Assembly (NCBI GenBank): GCA_028023455.1
Contig: JAQFVV010000003.1
Coordinates: 10,726,001-10,790,000, forward strand
Reading direction: 5' to 3'
Length of the DNA stretch: 64,000 nt
Source: Epiperipatus broadwayi
Lineage: Eukaryota > Animalia > Onychophora
Part shown: piece by piece, positions 39,662-54,039 of the stretch
How positions within the stretch are numbered: position 1 is the stretch's first letter
Layout: every line of letters starts with the position of its first letter
The notes under the pieces: model-generated
What the model saw: the letters and a program-made list of their open reading frames with translations, nothing else
The model's database searches: none
Told to the model about the DNA's origin: nothing
Position numbers and translations under genes: made by a program

Positions 39662-40977
39662 GTAAGAAGGAACAATCTTTCATTTAAAAGGGTATATGAC
39701 TGTCATGTATATATTTATTTGTCTACATAAGTTATATAATGAAAATATTAAATAACTATTTTATAATAATTCTAATCCAAAAATAATAGTATTAATAAAA
39801 TATAGTAAGATTTTATAGAATTATAAGAGTCACCAACTAAATAGAAATAACTTATTGGGAGAGACTATAGTGAATAAATAGATATCCTATATGGTAAAAC
39901 TTTCTAGATACATTTACTTCATTGATATTCTCTGAATTCCTAGTGAGCAGACAAAGAGTATAACAGTACTTTTAGGTATTTAGAATAATATTGTTTTCTA
40001 TTATTTGCAGAATATAATTGGCAAAGGAAGTTAAATTAAATGACAAGTTTTGAATTCTGGCAAGCATAAAAATGGCATTTCTCAGGATGAATCATCTCAA
40101 TAAATTCTTAATTATAATATTATATATATGTATATTTTTCATAATTAATATATATATCAGTTTATTTTTTTAGTTTTCCTTATAATCCCAATAAATTCTT
40201 TTATATATAAAAGACTTTTACTTCTGATTATCAATATCTAATAAAAATTATGACTTTTGCTAATTTGTTCAACAAATTAAATTAAAATTCTGTTTAGCAG
40301 AACCTTTTATATTAAATAATTTAATATTTAATTTCCATTTAAATAAAAGTAGTTCTTTTATTATTTATTTCAGTTGTGTACAATCTTTTTATATTTGTGA
40401 TTCCCTTCCTCAAACAAAAATTTGATAGAATCCACTATTTGTTTTTACCATTCCTAAATTATAATTATGCATATGTAAGAATATTTCATAATGAAACAAT
40501 AGTTTTAATTAATATACAAATTTATATTTCCTAATATTTTATTATTAAGCACATATGATATGAAATGAAATTTCTGAAATAAATCATATACAGTACTTAA
40601 AAAAAAAAGTTGTGATACATAACAAAAACAATTTATTTTCTTGTGATTTAAATCTTTTTAAAAAAAATTATCAGTATCCAAAAACTAAAACATTTTTATT
40701 TTTATTTTGCACCCCCCCCCCAAAGGTCATTACCTATATGTTGCATAATACTGATGTATTATATCATCATTACTATACAGTAACTATTAGTTACTAAAAC
40801 TTGCAATAGATGATGCTAGAATAAATAAAAAAGAATTATTATTATTTATAATACTGAAGTAAATTGAAAGAATCAAGTCATTTCCAGAATGTAAATATTC
40901 ATTTTTTTTAATTTTATCTTTACTTAAAAATTATTGTTATATGTGTTTGTATTTTTTTCGTATATTTTATTATTAAG

Positions 40978-41083
40978 GACCGATTAGGCTTATTCAAATC
41001 TCATTATGTTACACTGTATACCAACCAATTAGATGGAATGTGTGGCCTATATTTAGAGTTGGGTGTAAAGTATATAATTACAG
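40978..41083 (+). CDS. Timp: TIMP coding exon (phase 0 to phase 1): DRLGLFKSHYVTLYTNQLDGMCGLYLELGVKYIIT(G)
   Basis: Acceptor ttttattattaag|, donor ACAG|gtaaat. Classic TIMP/NTR motif IYT...xCGx.L..G.KYLI(T/A)G. Confidence 0.95.
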
Positions 41084-42257
41084 GTAAATGTTTTTTTATT
41101 CTATTTAATATATTTAGGCTGGCCCCCCAAAATCATAACATAATGATTATAATTATTTTAAATTGTTCTTATATACTTTCATAATTTACATTCTAAAAAT
41201 TGTTTTATTATGAACTCTTCCATAATTTTCAGAAAAAAAATAGTGAAGTTTTGGTTACAATAAAAGAAGTTATTTAGAGCTTGTTATATTTTTCAATCAT
41301 CCTTCATAACTTTTCGGACACTGCACCAAAATCTATATAACTGTTTTAATAAATTTAAGTGTTGACTGTTTTTTAATGATATATATATATATGTTTCAAC
41401 TGTATCTGAAAATCATCTTCAATCAGCTAATTATGTATCAAAATTGATGTCAATTAACATTTCAAAAATGACTGATAAATACAATTGAAACAGATCAATG
41501 AAAATTAAAATATAAAATAAAAAATGTATAAGATTAATGTAGTTTTTTATTTTTAATATTTGGTACAATAAAGGTGTCTAGTGCAAATAAATAATAAGAA
41601 ATGCAAATACATATAAAGAACACTAGAATGGGAGACATCTTTCTTGTGTAAGACTTAATTATCAATTTAATTCACTGATCTTTTTCAATCTAGCAGTAAC
41701 AAATATTGTACAATTATTTTTTTTAAGTATTTTCCTGAATGTGTATACAGTAATAATTTTAATCATTAGTCAAATGCAAAATTTGTAAGTTGATTAATGT
41801 TAATTTTAAAAAAAGTTTGAAGCAAACTTCTAGTAAAAAAATGTTGATATCTAAGGGTGAAATATCAAATCATTAAATCTTTAGCATTGAAAATATTCTT
41901 CATATTTTTAAAAAAAATATTCTAAATGCTTAAACTGTAATAATTTTAGACATGAGTTGTAAACACAGAATTTGAAAGCTGATTAATGTTGATGTCAAAA
42001 GAAAATTTTGAAGTGAAGTTATTATAAAGATGATGACAGAATTACTAAATCAACAATCACCATTGGGTGATATTTCAATGAGCACTGCTGGTTGATATTG
42101 TAATCATGTGCATAAGATTTTTTTACAATGTTTTAACATATCAGAGATCTTTGTCATATTTTTCCATTCTTACTATTTAATTTTTTTTTTCTGAAATTTA
42201 TTCTTCTATAATAGTTTTGTTCACTTTTTTTTCTTCATGTATAAATATTAATTTTAA

Positions 42258-42540
42258 TAATGAGTCAAAGAAAAATAGAATAAAAAAAATTGATCAGTGT
42301 TGGAATAAAAAAAAATCATTTCTAAACTAGAAAGTGATCATCAGTGTTTTCAGTAGTGAAATCAATTATTTGCATATTTTTTAAAAAAAATAAGGACAAA
42401 TTAAAAAGTGCTGAGATAGCAAGAGATTTCCAGATTGGGAAGTTTACACTGCAACATTATGGATCAAATGGCAGATAATAATGTCAATAAAGTAATCATT
42501 TGCGAAGAGATCAAGCAATTGTTTATGAAATTTTTTTGCT
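42258..42540 (+). pseudogene. Degenerate pogo/Tigger N-terminal (CENP-B HTH-like) fragment
   Basis: Frameshifted MSQRK..KKLISV..K.IISKLES...IFKKNKDKLKSAE. Confidence 0.3.
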
Positions 42541-42549
42541 AAAACTTCT

Positions 42550-43590
42550 AATGTAAATAAATGTCATTCTATGAAGGAGTTTATTACTAACAAAATATGG
42601 TTCAAGAGATTCAGGAAAAGAAGTGGATTGCATAGTGTTATAAAACATAGATAAAATAGCTGCTGAATTTTATCTTCAGGAATTTGCAAAAAGGAATAAC
42701 AATAATTTCCATGCAAGAAAAAAAAAAAAAAGAAACCTGAAATCAATAGTCTGCAAATTTTTAATAAGATATACAAATTTGTTTACATATTATCTATGTT
42801 TTTAGTTTTCATTAAAATCTAATTGTACAGTTTTTGCAGTAATTAATTTTGGATATATTCTTATATTTATATTTTTGAAAAATTTTATATCATTTTTTCT
42901 GCTCAAATGATTGTTTTGGGTGAGAATTTTATCTAGATTTTGGGTCTGGTATGGATTACCCTTAAATATTGAATACATATCCTTCACTGAGAGGATAATA
43001 TAACAATTGACTTCTTGAAACAATTAATTTATTATATCAAGCCCCAATATGTTTTGTTTAGGTAAAAATAAAGATATAATATAAAATTTATTTACTTTCT
43101 ATCATCACTTAGTTTATTATTATCAACCTGAAAATAAATCTTATAAATACTATAGATGGAATTTTTGCAAAAAAAAAAGTGTCTTTAATTCTCTGATTAC
43201 TTAAAAGCACTCCTAAAACTTTTCTTCTTGTTGTCAAACTATATTAATAATGATTATCTAAATAGGTTTGTTATGTATATTTTACTTATCATTTAATTGT
43301 ATATTGGACTATTTCCATCATTTATTTGAATTATTAAGTTAATAAAATTCAATTTTATTTATATTTTTCTAAATATATTCCATTATTAATTCCTATACTT
43401 GCTATTACTTATCAGGCCAACAATATCTGAAGAAAAGAATTAGATAACACTATTCAAGATGATGTTTATCATAGTAACCTATATGTTATTACTAACAGTA
43501 GAATAATGTATTTAAAAAATATGTAAAGTTCAAATTTTTCTAAAAAATTTAATAATTCAATTAGCTGATGAAATATTTCAATGTGTATAC
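42550..43590 (-). mobile_element. Old PLE: RT fragment (minus) joined to an inverted pLTR homologous to 35056-35574
   Basis: Minus-strand SVKDMYSI...QLDFNEN is RT-like. 43305-43385 and 43470-43585 are diverged inverted copies of the 35 kb arm (ggactatttccatcat; tattactaacagt). HHR-like CTGAAGA...GAATTAG-ataaca-CTATTC-AAGA at 43427-43460. Confidence 0.6.
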
Positions 43591-45309
43591 AAGTGTGATG
43601 AATGAATTGTATTATGATATTAATCTTTGAAATATTATAACATACACACATATATGTATTTATATTTTTAGCTTCATTATTTAAATATATTTAGAAAGCA
43701 AGCTAAGCATCAATAAAAGCTAAATTAAAAAAAAAACATAAATATCCAGAACATTTATGTGAATATTAGAATAAGATTTTCTAAATAATGAAATAATATA
43801 TCTTCAATCTCTGCAGGTTATCATTGTTTTAAATATCTTGTATATCTGAGAAAATTATATGGTTATTAATAGTTTTAATAAAAATTATTAATTTTTGATG
43901 CATATATTTTTTAAATAAATGTTTATTGAGTTAATACTTTTTTATTAGGTTTTGTTTTATAATTTTATTTTCAATTATGACAATACTTTTTATCTATCGC
44001 TGAAAATGAAAGCAAAGTAATATATTTATAAAAATCTATTCTTGTATATCTAAATAAGTAAATATATGTAATCATTGTTAATTTTATTTCAATAAAATTG
44101 AAAAAGTATTTTAAAAATTTGATCCAGTCAATGTCAGTGTAAATATATTGAAGCCTGTTGAAAAAAAGAAATTTTATATATAATTTTAAAACTATTCAAT
44201 TATATAATTTATTACATTAAAAAGCAGTAACTAATAATATATGATTCAAATCATAGAAGAATTATCTATTAAGTTTATTATAAATAATATCTTTCTTTTC
44301 TGAATTGTTAACTATGACAATATCAAGTTCACAGGACTAATTTCATTATAACTCTTTTCATCAATGGTGTCAAGTCTTTACACATTACTTAACTGCAAAT
44401 CAAAATATAATGCTGAATGTGTTAAATGTGGTGCTTTTTATAAATAGAATTCAGAACTGATTTCAAAATTGATATTGCAAGCATAGAATTGGTTGACAGT
44501 TTTAATCTATTTGGATAATTAAGAACACAAAATCCAATAGCCAAGCAGTTCATCAAAACTAATGAATAGAATTACAATGAAAAATCTGAAAAGGATATTT
44601 AAATATAAAGACATATCTTTATAAAAATGAATATTAGAACTATTCAAGTTATAGTGTTTCCTGTGATGATCTAGGAGTGTGAAAGATACTGAAAATGGGT
44701 AGAAAAAATATTCATGTATTAGAAGACTTTTGAGAATTCTTTGAAAAGAGAAAAAAAGATATGAACTCTTCTTATGTGAAGTCAAAAGGACCATTTGAAA
44801 TTATCTCACTTTGCTCATGTCTGAAGATAGAAAAGTATATAATGCTTTGAAAAATTGGGTAAAAAGAAAATTATCACCAATGAGATGGATAGACTCCATC
44901 ATTATAATAATGAACTGCCTTTATGTAACCTATCTGTAAAAATAGCACATCTAATAATTAGGTATATTTTGCCTGCCGTATTCAGAAATAAACAAAGCAC
45001 TACCTACTGATATCATTGTCAAATAAAATTCTAGATGATATAAACAATATCTCTAAGTTCTGGATTGTACACTGACAATACAAAAATCATAGAACCAGTT
45101 TCAATGGGCATATTTTCAATAGCTTCACATATTACTTAACACAAATCAGAACAACATATCCTGATGCTTTAATGTTCTGTTTTATTTTTGATAAAAATTT
45201 CAGGTTTTTCTTTGTAACTCTCATCAGTCTGTGATGAATCTCTTGACTATACAAATCCTGTATTCTTGATTAATGATTTATAGGAGCAAAAACTGTTAAC
45301 ATTTTCTGT

Positions 45310-46090
45310 GCATTAATGATTTACCACAGTAATAAAGTGACAGACTTTGGAGCTAAAAGTATATGGATCACAGTTCTAGATCTGTCAGGTGTAATATTTA
45401 AAGTTCCTGTGAACTCCTAAGTAATAAATCATTTGATTATTTTATCTTGCATGATTTAGTGCAGCAAATGGAAGACTCTTGGATAAAAAGTCCAATCAGT
45501 CATGATTCTATCTCTATCACATATGGTGCTCAAACTTCTTAAGAACTCTTGAGCAATAAATCATTTAATTATTATTTTATTTATTAGGAATTTTGGAATC
45601 AGCTATGGATTCTGTCTAAAAAAGTTACCATATGTGAAATATGATTGTAATCTATTTTGATTTGTGATATTTAAGAACTTAACACAGCTGCTGAAAAAGC
45701 TTCCCTTGAAACCCATTATGTGGGCATTGTATTAGTTAATATACATTCATTGTTTTGCTTTCTTGGAACATTAATTAAGAACAAAAGATTGAGCAGATTT
45801 GTAATGAAGATCTCAAACTGATTTTTTTGAATAAAGCAGAGCATTGATGCACTACCAACTGAGATCGTTTGTCAAATAAAATATTAGATAATAAAAATAA
45901 TTTTCAGGTTCATAGAACAAGTTTCAAGGAAATTGTCTTCAGTAGATGCAAAGTCCTTCAATATCACTAGCCACAAATCATAAATATGATTTGGTACAGT
46001 GTTAAGAGTTATAAACTTTTGATACTCAGATCCATAGTTCATGACCCAGCTACTTCTTATTCATTCCTGAGCAATAAGTCATTTAATTAC
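45310..46090 (+). mobile_element. Cluster of three SINE-like copies (45310-45440, 45449-45575, 45985-46090)
   Basis: Shared 5' atgattt...cag and 3' gaactc(c/t)t(a/g)ag(c/t)aataaatcattt. Same family as 1289. Confidence 0.55.
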
Positions 46091-46926
46091 TTTTACTTAA
46101 TAATGTTACAATTTTATTTTAAATATGATGTTTTTATGGATAGAGTCAGATGCTAACTCAAACCTGATAATGAAGGTGCAGAGTTGTTTGACAGTTTCAT
46201 TTTGGATCATTTCTGAAAATGATATTTATGTAATTGTTGGAAATCAGTGGCATCTTAATGGCATTTATTAATAATAGTAGAATAGTCTTCAGTTAAAGAA
46301 ATCTAATAAGTAATGAAAAATAGGATAAAAGCTGAGACACTTCTTTTGATTTAAATACATTAAATTTAATGTGACACACACTAACAGCACTTGTCCATGT
46401 CAAAATTCATTAAGTAATTTGAAGAATTTTTATATTTTATGGGAATATTTGATAATTTAAACACCTTTGTGTCAATTTGAATGTAAAATGTAATGACAAT
46501 CTATAATCTCAGTGTTTTATGGATGTTTGAAATGCCTTCATTAGTGGTTAAGTCTGTAGTATATTATTAGTTTGACAATCAGTTTATTACCATCACGAGA
46601 CTGGCCCTTGTTATATTGAAAACTTATTTTTCAATAAAATTTATCCAACTACTTATTTAGTGACAGATATAGGATAAAAGGATGGCTGTAAGTTGCCTAG
46701 CTTAAAAAAGTTCAGTTTTATGAGCAGTAGTCAGATTTGAACCCCAGTTCACAAGCATGATAGATGAATATACTAATCAGGAAATCTTTGCTTGCTTTAA
46801 TTTATAAATAGCAAAAAGATGCTTTTTTAATTTATATAATATAATTAATATTTAAACATAGATATTTATTTTTTTAAAGCAAATTTATTGCTCCAAATAT
46901 TGAGTGTAAAGTTTTGTTTTGTTTAG

Positions 46927-46957
<31 letters not shown>

Positions 46958-47015
46958 AATTAACTATTTTTAACAGTAATTTCAAATTTTTATTTTACCC
47001 CTCCCCCCCATTTAG

Positions 47016-47140
47016 GCAAAGTAAATGCAAATGGTTTACCAGATCTAAGTTTATGTGACACACACATAAAATGGAAAGAAGTAACAAAAAAACAGAAGAA
47101 GGGTTTTCATCAATTGTATCAGCATGGATGTGAATGTAGA
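47016..47140 (+). CDS. Timp: TIMP coding exon (phase 1 to phase 0): (G)KVNANGLPDLSLCDTHIKWKEVTKKQKKGFHQLYQHGCECR
   Basis: Polypyrimidine acceptor cccatttag|, donor AGA|gtaagt. Matches TIMP ITLCDF..W..L...QKK.L...YQ.GCEC. Confidence 0.95.
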
Positions 47141-47779
47141 GTAAGTATTAGTAAAAAAAAAATTATTTTAATTCCAAACAAAATAACATCAGTGGTGAAA
47201 TTTAAATTGTGTGTGTGTGTGTGTGTGTGTGTGTAAACTAAGATGAAGATGATTCATTGAATGCTTTGGATATCATTAAATAAAATGAAGATTAAGTGGA
47301 ATGAAGACAATCAAAATAGAGTTTATAAAAGCTAATGTATATACAGAAACAAAGTGGATTGTTCATGGTAATCTGCATAAATTGAGGGAGGTATATCGTG
47401 ATAAAATTAGAAAAAAATATTATTTCTGTTATTGATATTCAAGGCGTAAATAAATGAAAAGATATTTAGAGATAAATAACTAACCCCAGTCGATTGGAAA
47501 ATAGACATAATTGTGTAGTTACTATTTATTTTATTTAAATCAAAATAAAAGAAAAAGACTACTTTTCCAATCTAACCAAATTTTTGATAGTATTATATAT
47601 CCACACTGTTTATTGCACTTGGGTGTTCCTGATGTTTCAGAATAAGGAGAGATTCATTCTGAAAATCACTTTCAGCTAAAAGACTATGGCGAATTTAACA
47701 CATTAATAACAACATAATCATATTACCAAAAATTAATAAAATATGATGCCAGTTTTATTAGTAATATCATTTAAAAATA

Positions 47780-49570
47780 ATGTGATGTGATGTATTTTGG
47801 CTTCTCCTTAAACGAAGTCAAGAATATCTCAGCAATTATGCCCAGATAAACCTGTTAGCCATTTTATTCTCCATTCCCCACTCTTAAGTCTTCCCATATT
47901 CTGCCCCATCCCATTTCCACAACATAATCTTTGTCAACTCTATGGCCTTTATATCTAAACCCCCCCTTATCTCTTCGCAAACCCAACATAAAAACTAATA
48001 ACTCACTTTCTGTATAGTCACTTTGTTCATGTCTATTCTCCCATAACTTCATTATCTGTACCCTTTCTGCTTTCAAGCATTTACATTCAATCAACAGGTG
48101 CCTAATATTTTCTATACCTTCCTTACACAATTTGCACACTAAATTATCCATGGTTTTCCATTTACATGTATATTCTCTTGTTGCTAAAGATCCCGTTCGA
48201 GCCTTAAATAATAAACTACTTTCCTTACTATTATCATAAATTAACTCGCATGCAATATTCCATTTACTTCTATATATATTTAAACTCTTCTTACCCTCCA
48301 TACTAGTTCTCCATCTCTCCAACTCCCTATTTTTTATTAATGCTTCTATTCTTTTATCCCATTCCTTACCACTATAACACTCAACAATCCTCCTAACACA
48401 ATCATCCCATCTTTTATACAAGTATATTGATATAAATTCTTTATCCAAATCTTTCGCATACCGCATTACCTTTCTCACCCATCTTGTTGCCTGCCCTTTA
48501 CTCATAACCCAATTGAACACTATTTTTGCTATTCTTTTACTATCCATAAACTGCAACCTACCAAACATTTTCATTTTACTTTTTGCATCTCTCATATAAA
48601 AACTTGACCATCCCATTTCTCCTTGAATTGCCTCCTTTGCTGTCCACATCTCTGCATCTAATGCATGTCTTCCTACTTCCCTTTGTACTTTCTCTAAATA
48701 ATCTAAAACTCTTTTACTAACCCATAATGCATCATTACCATATGTTAACCCTGCTACTGCAACTCCCTTCCATACTATTCTAGCTACATCATATTTATTA
48801 TATGAAAATACTGTTAGTTTCTTTACCAAACCCTTTCTTTTCTTTGCTTCATTTACCAAGTTTTTCTCCCATTCATCCAAGCAATTTTCCTGATTACATA
48901 AGATGATTCCCAAATACCTATATCTATCCACCACACTTAACTTTATATCCCCCAATAAAAATTCTACATCTTCTCTTTCCCCAGTATTAACCATCATTAT
49001 ATTTGATTTTTCTTCACTAAATTTAATCCCCATCTCTTTACCCACCCTTGCACATGTCCTCAACATAATTTCCATATCTTCTCTTCTTTCTGCACACAAA
49101 AAGATATCATCTGCAAAAAAAAGACCTGACAAAATATATACTCCCTTGCCACCTATTAATGGTATCTCTACCCCTCTTCCTAGTCTTTCTATTGCTTTCT
49201 CTATTTCACTCAAAAACAACAAAAACAAAATAGGTGACATAGGGCAGCCTTAATCCCACCCCATTTTTAACTTTAACTGATTCTATATCCCCTAACTGGT
49301 AAGTATAATAATTATTTTCATATAATTTCTTAATAATATTTACTAAAGCTTCATCCATTCCCAAATTGACTAGCCTTACCCATAATCTATTTCTATTTAC
49401 TCTATCATATGCTTTCTCTATATCTATAAAACTCATATATAATGATCTATCTGAATTCCATAATAGGTGCAAAGATGTTAGTGCTGCTCTCTGCCACTTT
49501 ATTCCAACATCTTTCTTATTCTACTTGCACTTAGTAAACTTTCTTATTCTACCTGCACTTAGTAAATAAT
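47780..49570 (-). mobile_element. 5'-truncated young non-LTR retrotransposon (RTE-X-like), antisense in a TIMP intron
   Basis: FIDIEKAYDRVNR, GVGLR(Q)GCPMSPILF, GLFFADDI, and C-terminal CKLCKEGIENIRHLLIEC. One frameshift near 49245. 3' tail (ACATC)n at about 47781-47794. Clade call is inference. Confidence 0.9.
47864..49472 (-). pseudogene. Reverse transcriptase ORF (frameshifted; 88 aa + 458 aa segments)
   Basis: ORF track 49206-49472 and 47864-49240 join at LR|GCPMSP, where about 4 nt appear deleted. Confidence 0.85.
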
Positions 49571-52500
49571 TCATTCGTAAGCACTAAAAGTAGACGCACG
49601 AGTAACTTATATTCATGGAAATCTTAAATATTGCCACCGGCCTGCAGTTGATTTAGAAGCTTGGCTGGATAATAAAAAGTTTATGAATTGATTTTTAATT
49701 ATGGAAAAAGGAAAAAAAAAAATCATCTGGACAATTAAATAACTACTTGATCATGCTAGTTTTGGAGTATGTTTGACTGTATTACATAGTAAATGAATGT
49801 CTGTTGGTGTACATTCATCTGACTGACTGAGTCTTACTTTACAAGTAAAAAGAATTAGTTAGATAACCACTTTCTGGAAGGATGTTTATGAGCTTAGTTA
49901 CTAATAATATCCTGATTTTATTTAGAAATATTCTTCTATACTATCTAAACATGATGAAAATATAAACACTAGGGTCATGGTCATGAAACCATTAACTATT
50001 GTATGTCAATAAAAAAAGCTTCTGAAACTCAAAAAATATTCTATTACCAATTTAAAAAGTCAGAAAACTTGAGATTACTGATGGAGATTAGGGTTGAGAA
50101 AATCTTCAAACATTAGGAACAATTGTAAATAATTAGTAACTTTCCTACTCTCACTCAAGTCAATATAAGACAGGATCATCATGAGCTTATGCTATTAGGA
50201 TTGTGTATTTGTGCAGTTACATTTTTTATCTTTTGCATTTCTATACCAATCACTTCTGATTATATTTCTTATTTTTTTTTTGCTTCTATATAGTTTGCAA
50301 ATATGCAAAGCTATGAATTGTGAACACATCAAAGGTAGATTAGGAGTCCCTAGCAGTAATCTTAATAAAACAGCAAATCAATAGAGACTCATTAGAGAAC
50401 TTGATTTGTGTCAGAAGTTTCACTCACCAAATAAGTTAGGGATTTAGTTGACTCATCATAAATTTGAAAGAAACTGGAAATGATGATCCAAAAAAAAATG
50501 GTAGGTCCCACAAAATCCACCTAGATTGCTATGCCTGATAATACTTCTAATAATACTAGTAATGAGACCAAAATAGATAGCTGTCATAATAACAAGCATA
50601 TGGAGTTGGCTTAATATAGGCTTTTCAAAATCTAAATTTTTAGATCAGACATGACAGTTAAGGAATTATCAGTATTTAAAATTGTTATAGCTGCTCTTAG
50701 TGAAAGTTGTTCTTACAGATGAAAAAAGTAAATGGCTATAAGTTTTGTAAAAAAGTTAATTATTTTATGAAAAATTATTGTATTGTATATTATGTTCATG
50801 TGAAATCTAATCCCATATTTTCTACTCTTGAAATTCCTGAATGTATCAATGAAAGCAAATGATATTAAAATGGGCAAAAATACGATGAATGGTACTTGTG
50901 CCCATTTTATTAGTACATGTATTTAAATATTACATTCAGAAAGTTCAAAGAAAGACAATCTTTTTATTCATTATTGGATAGAGTTATTGCATCAGTATCA
51001 TTAAAAGATAAATGTTTACTTTTACTTCTTTAAGACATTGATGTACTAGAATAATAAATTATGGCTCTAAGTTATTGAAAATAAGTATTACTTTTAATCA
51101 CTGAAATAGTTTTTTTGTTATTGAAATTTTGAGAATACAATTCTTTGAGTATAAAAAAATTGGTACTTGGTGGATTGTGGATCAATCCTGCTCAAAGCAA
51201 AGACATCTTATGGACTAAGTCAGAATGCTAAAAAAAAATCTGTATTATAAGAATACTTATTATAGTGACATTCAACAAAGTATTATATGACTTTTTGGGC
51301 TTATATTCAACATATGCTCCTCATTGAAAAAGGACAAAAGCCAGAAATTAATCTCAAAATATGACTATAGTACTACTATTTACTATCCATTATTGTTCAA
51401 CATTTAAATAGATGGTTCTGGAATAGAGTAGTAAACAGAGTGAATTAATACTCCAAAGTATAAGATAGGATTACATTTTGAACACTCAATATTTATGGTA
51501 AGTTTCAACAGCTGTAAATAGTAAAATTGTCAATTTAGATCTTCAAGTGAATTGTTATTATTTAGCCATGGAATTTTTTCAAGGAATGAAATACAATTAA
51601 TTATTTGTTGTATTGATAGCAAAGAATTCTGATTCTTTCTCTGACAATATTTTTACTATTAATGACTTAATTAAAAGGAAACTAGACAATAGAATATAAT
51701 ATTACAATCAAGAAATATTCTAGATTGGGGCAAAGGATAGGACAGCATTACCTTCTACCATTTATTGATTACTCAGATTACAATAGATAAAAGAATTGGA
51801 GTAGTATAAAAAGAGGTTGTTTCTGAAAAGCACTGTACAGACTGGAGTCGTAATGTTTGTTTGCTTTTATTAAAATTGCTTATTGATAATAATCACTTTA
51901 GATATTTTTTGGACACATGGAAAGTATTGTGGAGAATAATTTCATTAAATTCAATGAATGGTATTCTTATATATGATATTTTAAATAGATAGAAGAAATG
52001 TTTTGACCAAAATTTTGCAGACTCAGGTGATTACATTTAATTAACTCGGATTGAAACATGCATATTGTGAATTGCTCAAAAGTCATATGACATTAGAACA
52101 CCCCAGAAGAAAACTGAAATAAAAGATTGAATTTAAATAACTAGAGATTTTTAAAATTTTATTTATATTACTTATTTAAGAATCAAACAAAGAATCTGCA
52201 ATTCTATTTCTCTACTAAATTATACACTATCGAACAGAGATGTCTAACTTAATAAAGTCAAACAGCTTTTTGAATTTGTAAAAATGGAAAGGCTATGGGT
52301 TCTGATGATATCCTTGGAAAAGTTTTAAAATATGATGATGAAGTACTAATTAAAAAAAAAATATGAATTTTCCAAATGTATAAGATTAAAAAATATTGGC
52401 CAGAATGAGGACATTAGATGAATGGTGTCTAGTTTTTAAGATGAGGATTTTAATGTTGTAAAGCAACATCATTATTTATACATATACTGATCCTATTTTA

Positions 52501-52940
52501 TTACATAATTATAATTTCAAACAAAATATATACATATATTTCTAGGATAAAATATTTTATACACAGCAGGTTTATAAATAATACTTTTCATACTAATGCA
52601 AAGATGTTGCTTCTATGTATAAATAAATATTGCTTATTAGACAGATATGAAATCAGCAGCATGATGCCCCATGTCTTTTTATTATTTTAAAAAAACCTGT
52701 TTTTGATATGTATTGCATACCAACTTATCAAGCATATGATAACTCAAAAAAAAAACCAAAAGAAAGAAGGAAAAGAATAAAAGTTATAAGCCAAAGAGAA
52801 TGTAAAAATAAAAGATTAAAGTCAAATTGCTCTATACAATTAAAGAATGAAAATGTGGTTGCACAAACACAACTCCCATTGTTACAATTAATGCAGAGAT
52901 GATTGTTGCGACAACAAGACTTTTAAGTAGTTGAAAATAA

Positions 52941-53468
52941 ACTAAAGATCAGCATTTCAAGCTAATGTACATGCACTTTTTTTATGAATGTTAATAATAA
53001 ATGAATATTTTCATTTCCAACACAAGATAAAATCTTTGCGAAAGAATAGAAGAAATCCACCTATTCTTTCAACCCAAATGCTTAAGTATGTGCAAATCTT
53101 AAGTACTGGAAATAAATAAATATCTCATTTACATATGTTTAGTTTCATTTAAGAATGACATGTAAATTCTAGAAAATTTCGTAGGTGTCATTCATTCAGA
53201 CATGGTAAAGAGTAATTTAAAGTGTTTGATTTATCTTCACACTTTCATTTCCAGTACTTAAGATTTGCCCATACTTAAGCATTTGGGTTGAAAAAATAGA
53301 TGGATTCATTCTATTTTTTCTCAAAGACTTTATCTTATGTTGGAAATTAAAGTATTTATTTATTATTAACATTCATAAAAAAAGCGCATGTACATTAGCT
53401 TGAAATGCTGATCTTTAGTTTATTACAATTTATATGCATCATGCTATATAAATAAATATCTCATTTAC
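52941..53468 (+). mobile_element. Inverted-repeat insertion (178-bp arms) with tail and 14-bp TSD-like flank
   Basis: Arms 52936-53113 and 53247-53424. gtagtt(g/a)aaaataa at 52927-52940 and 53469-53482. aataaatatctcatttac is repeated at 53115-53132 and 53451-53468. Confidence 0.75.
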
Positions 53469-54039
53469 GTAGTTAAAAATAATGATGTAACAGAAAGTAG
53501 GAAGAGAAAGAATAATGATGACTGAGAAGACAAATGTTCTTTTGTTGCAATAAAATAATAAAAACAATAACAAAAATATAAAATTAAAGGCATATAAAGA
53601 ATTATTTACTCCCAGAAAAAGTATTTTTTTAATAATTTATACTATTGACAGAGGCAATGTATATCAATTTAAAAGGAAAGGTAGCATTATTTTTTAAAAA
53701 AAAACAGACTGATGTTTTAATTTTGAGATAGATATGCTTTCAATGATCCCATGGCTCACTACACACATGTTATATATGTGTCTTAATTTATAAAAATAAA
53801 ACTGTGTCAGGGAAGCTTTTATGTTAAATTGGTAGATCATAATTTAAATGAAAATAAATCACATATTGAGCAAAATCTTAGAGGAATAAAAACTAAATTT
53901 GAGAAAGTATGCAAATCAAAAAGTTTGATATAAACTAAAAGAGATAAATATAAGATCATAAACTTTCCCTTTTTAAAAAGCTTTGCTATTTTTATAAAAT
54001 AATCATTTTCAGAATCCATTAATAACAAAAGTAATTATT

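Noticed and set aside
49580-49690. Short coding-like frame KVDARVTYIHGNLKYCHRPAVDLEAWLDNKKF
   Set aside because: No start codon or splice sites, and no recognisable family.
50293-50334. Extra TIMP exon (LQICKAMNCEHIK) with AG/GT borders
   Set aside because: Phases are incompatible with the phase-0 junction 47140/54743, and the TIMP alignment is complete without it.
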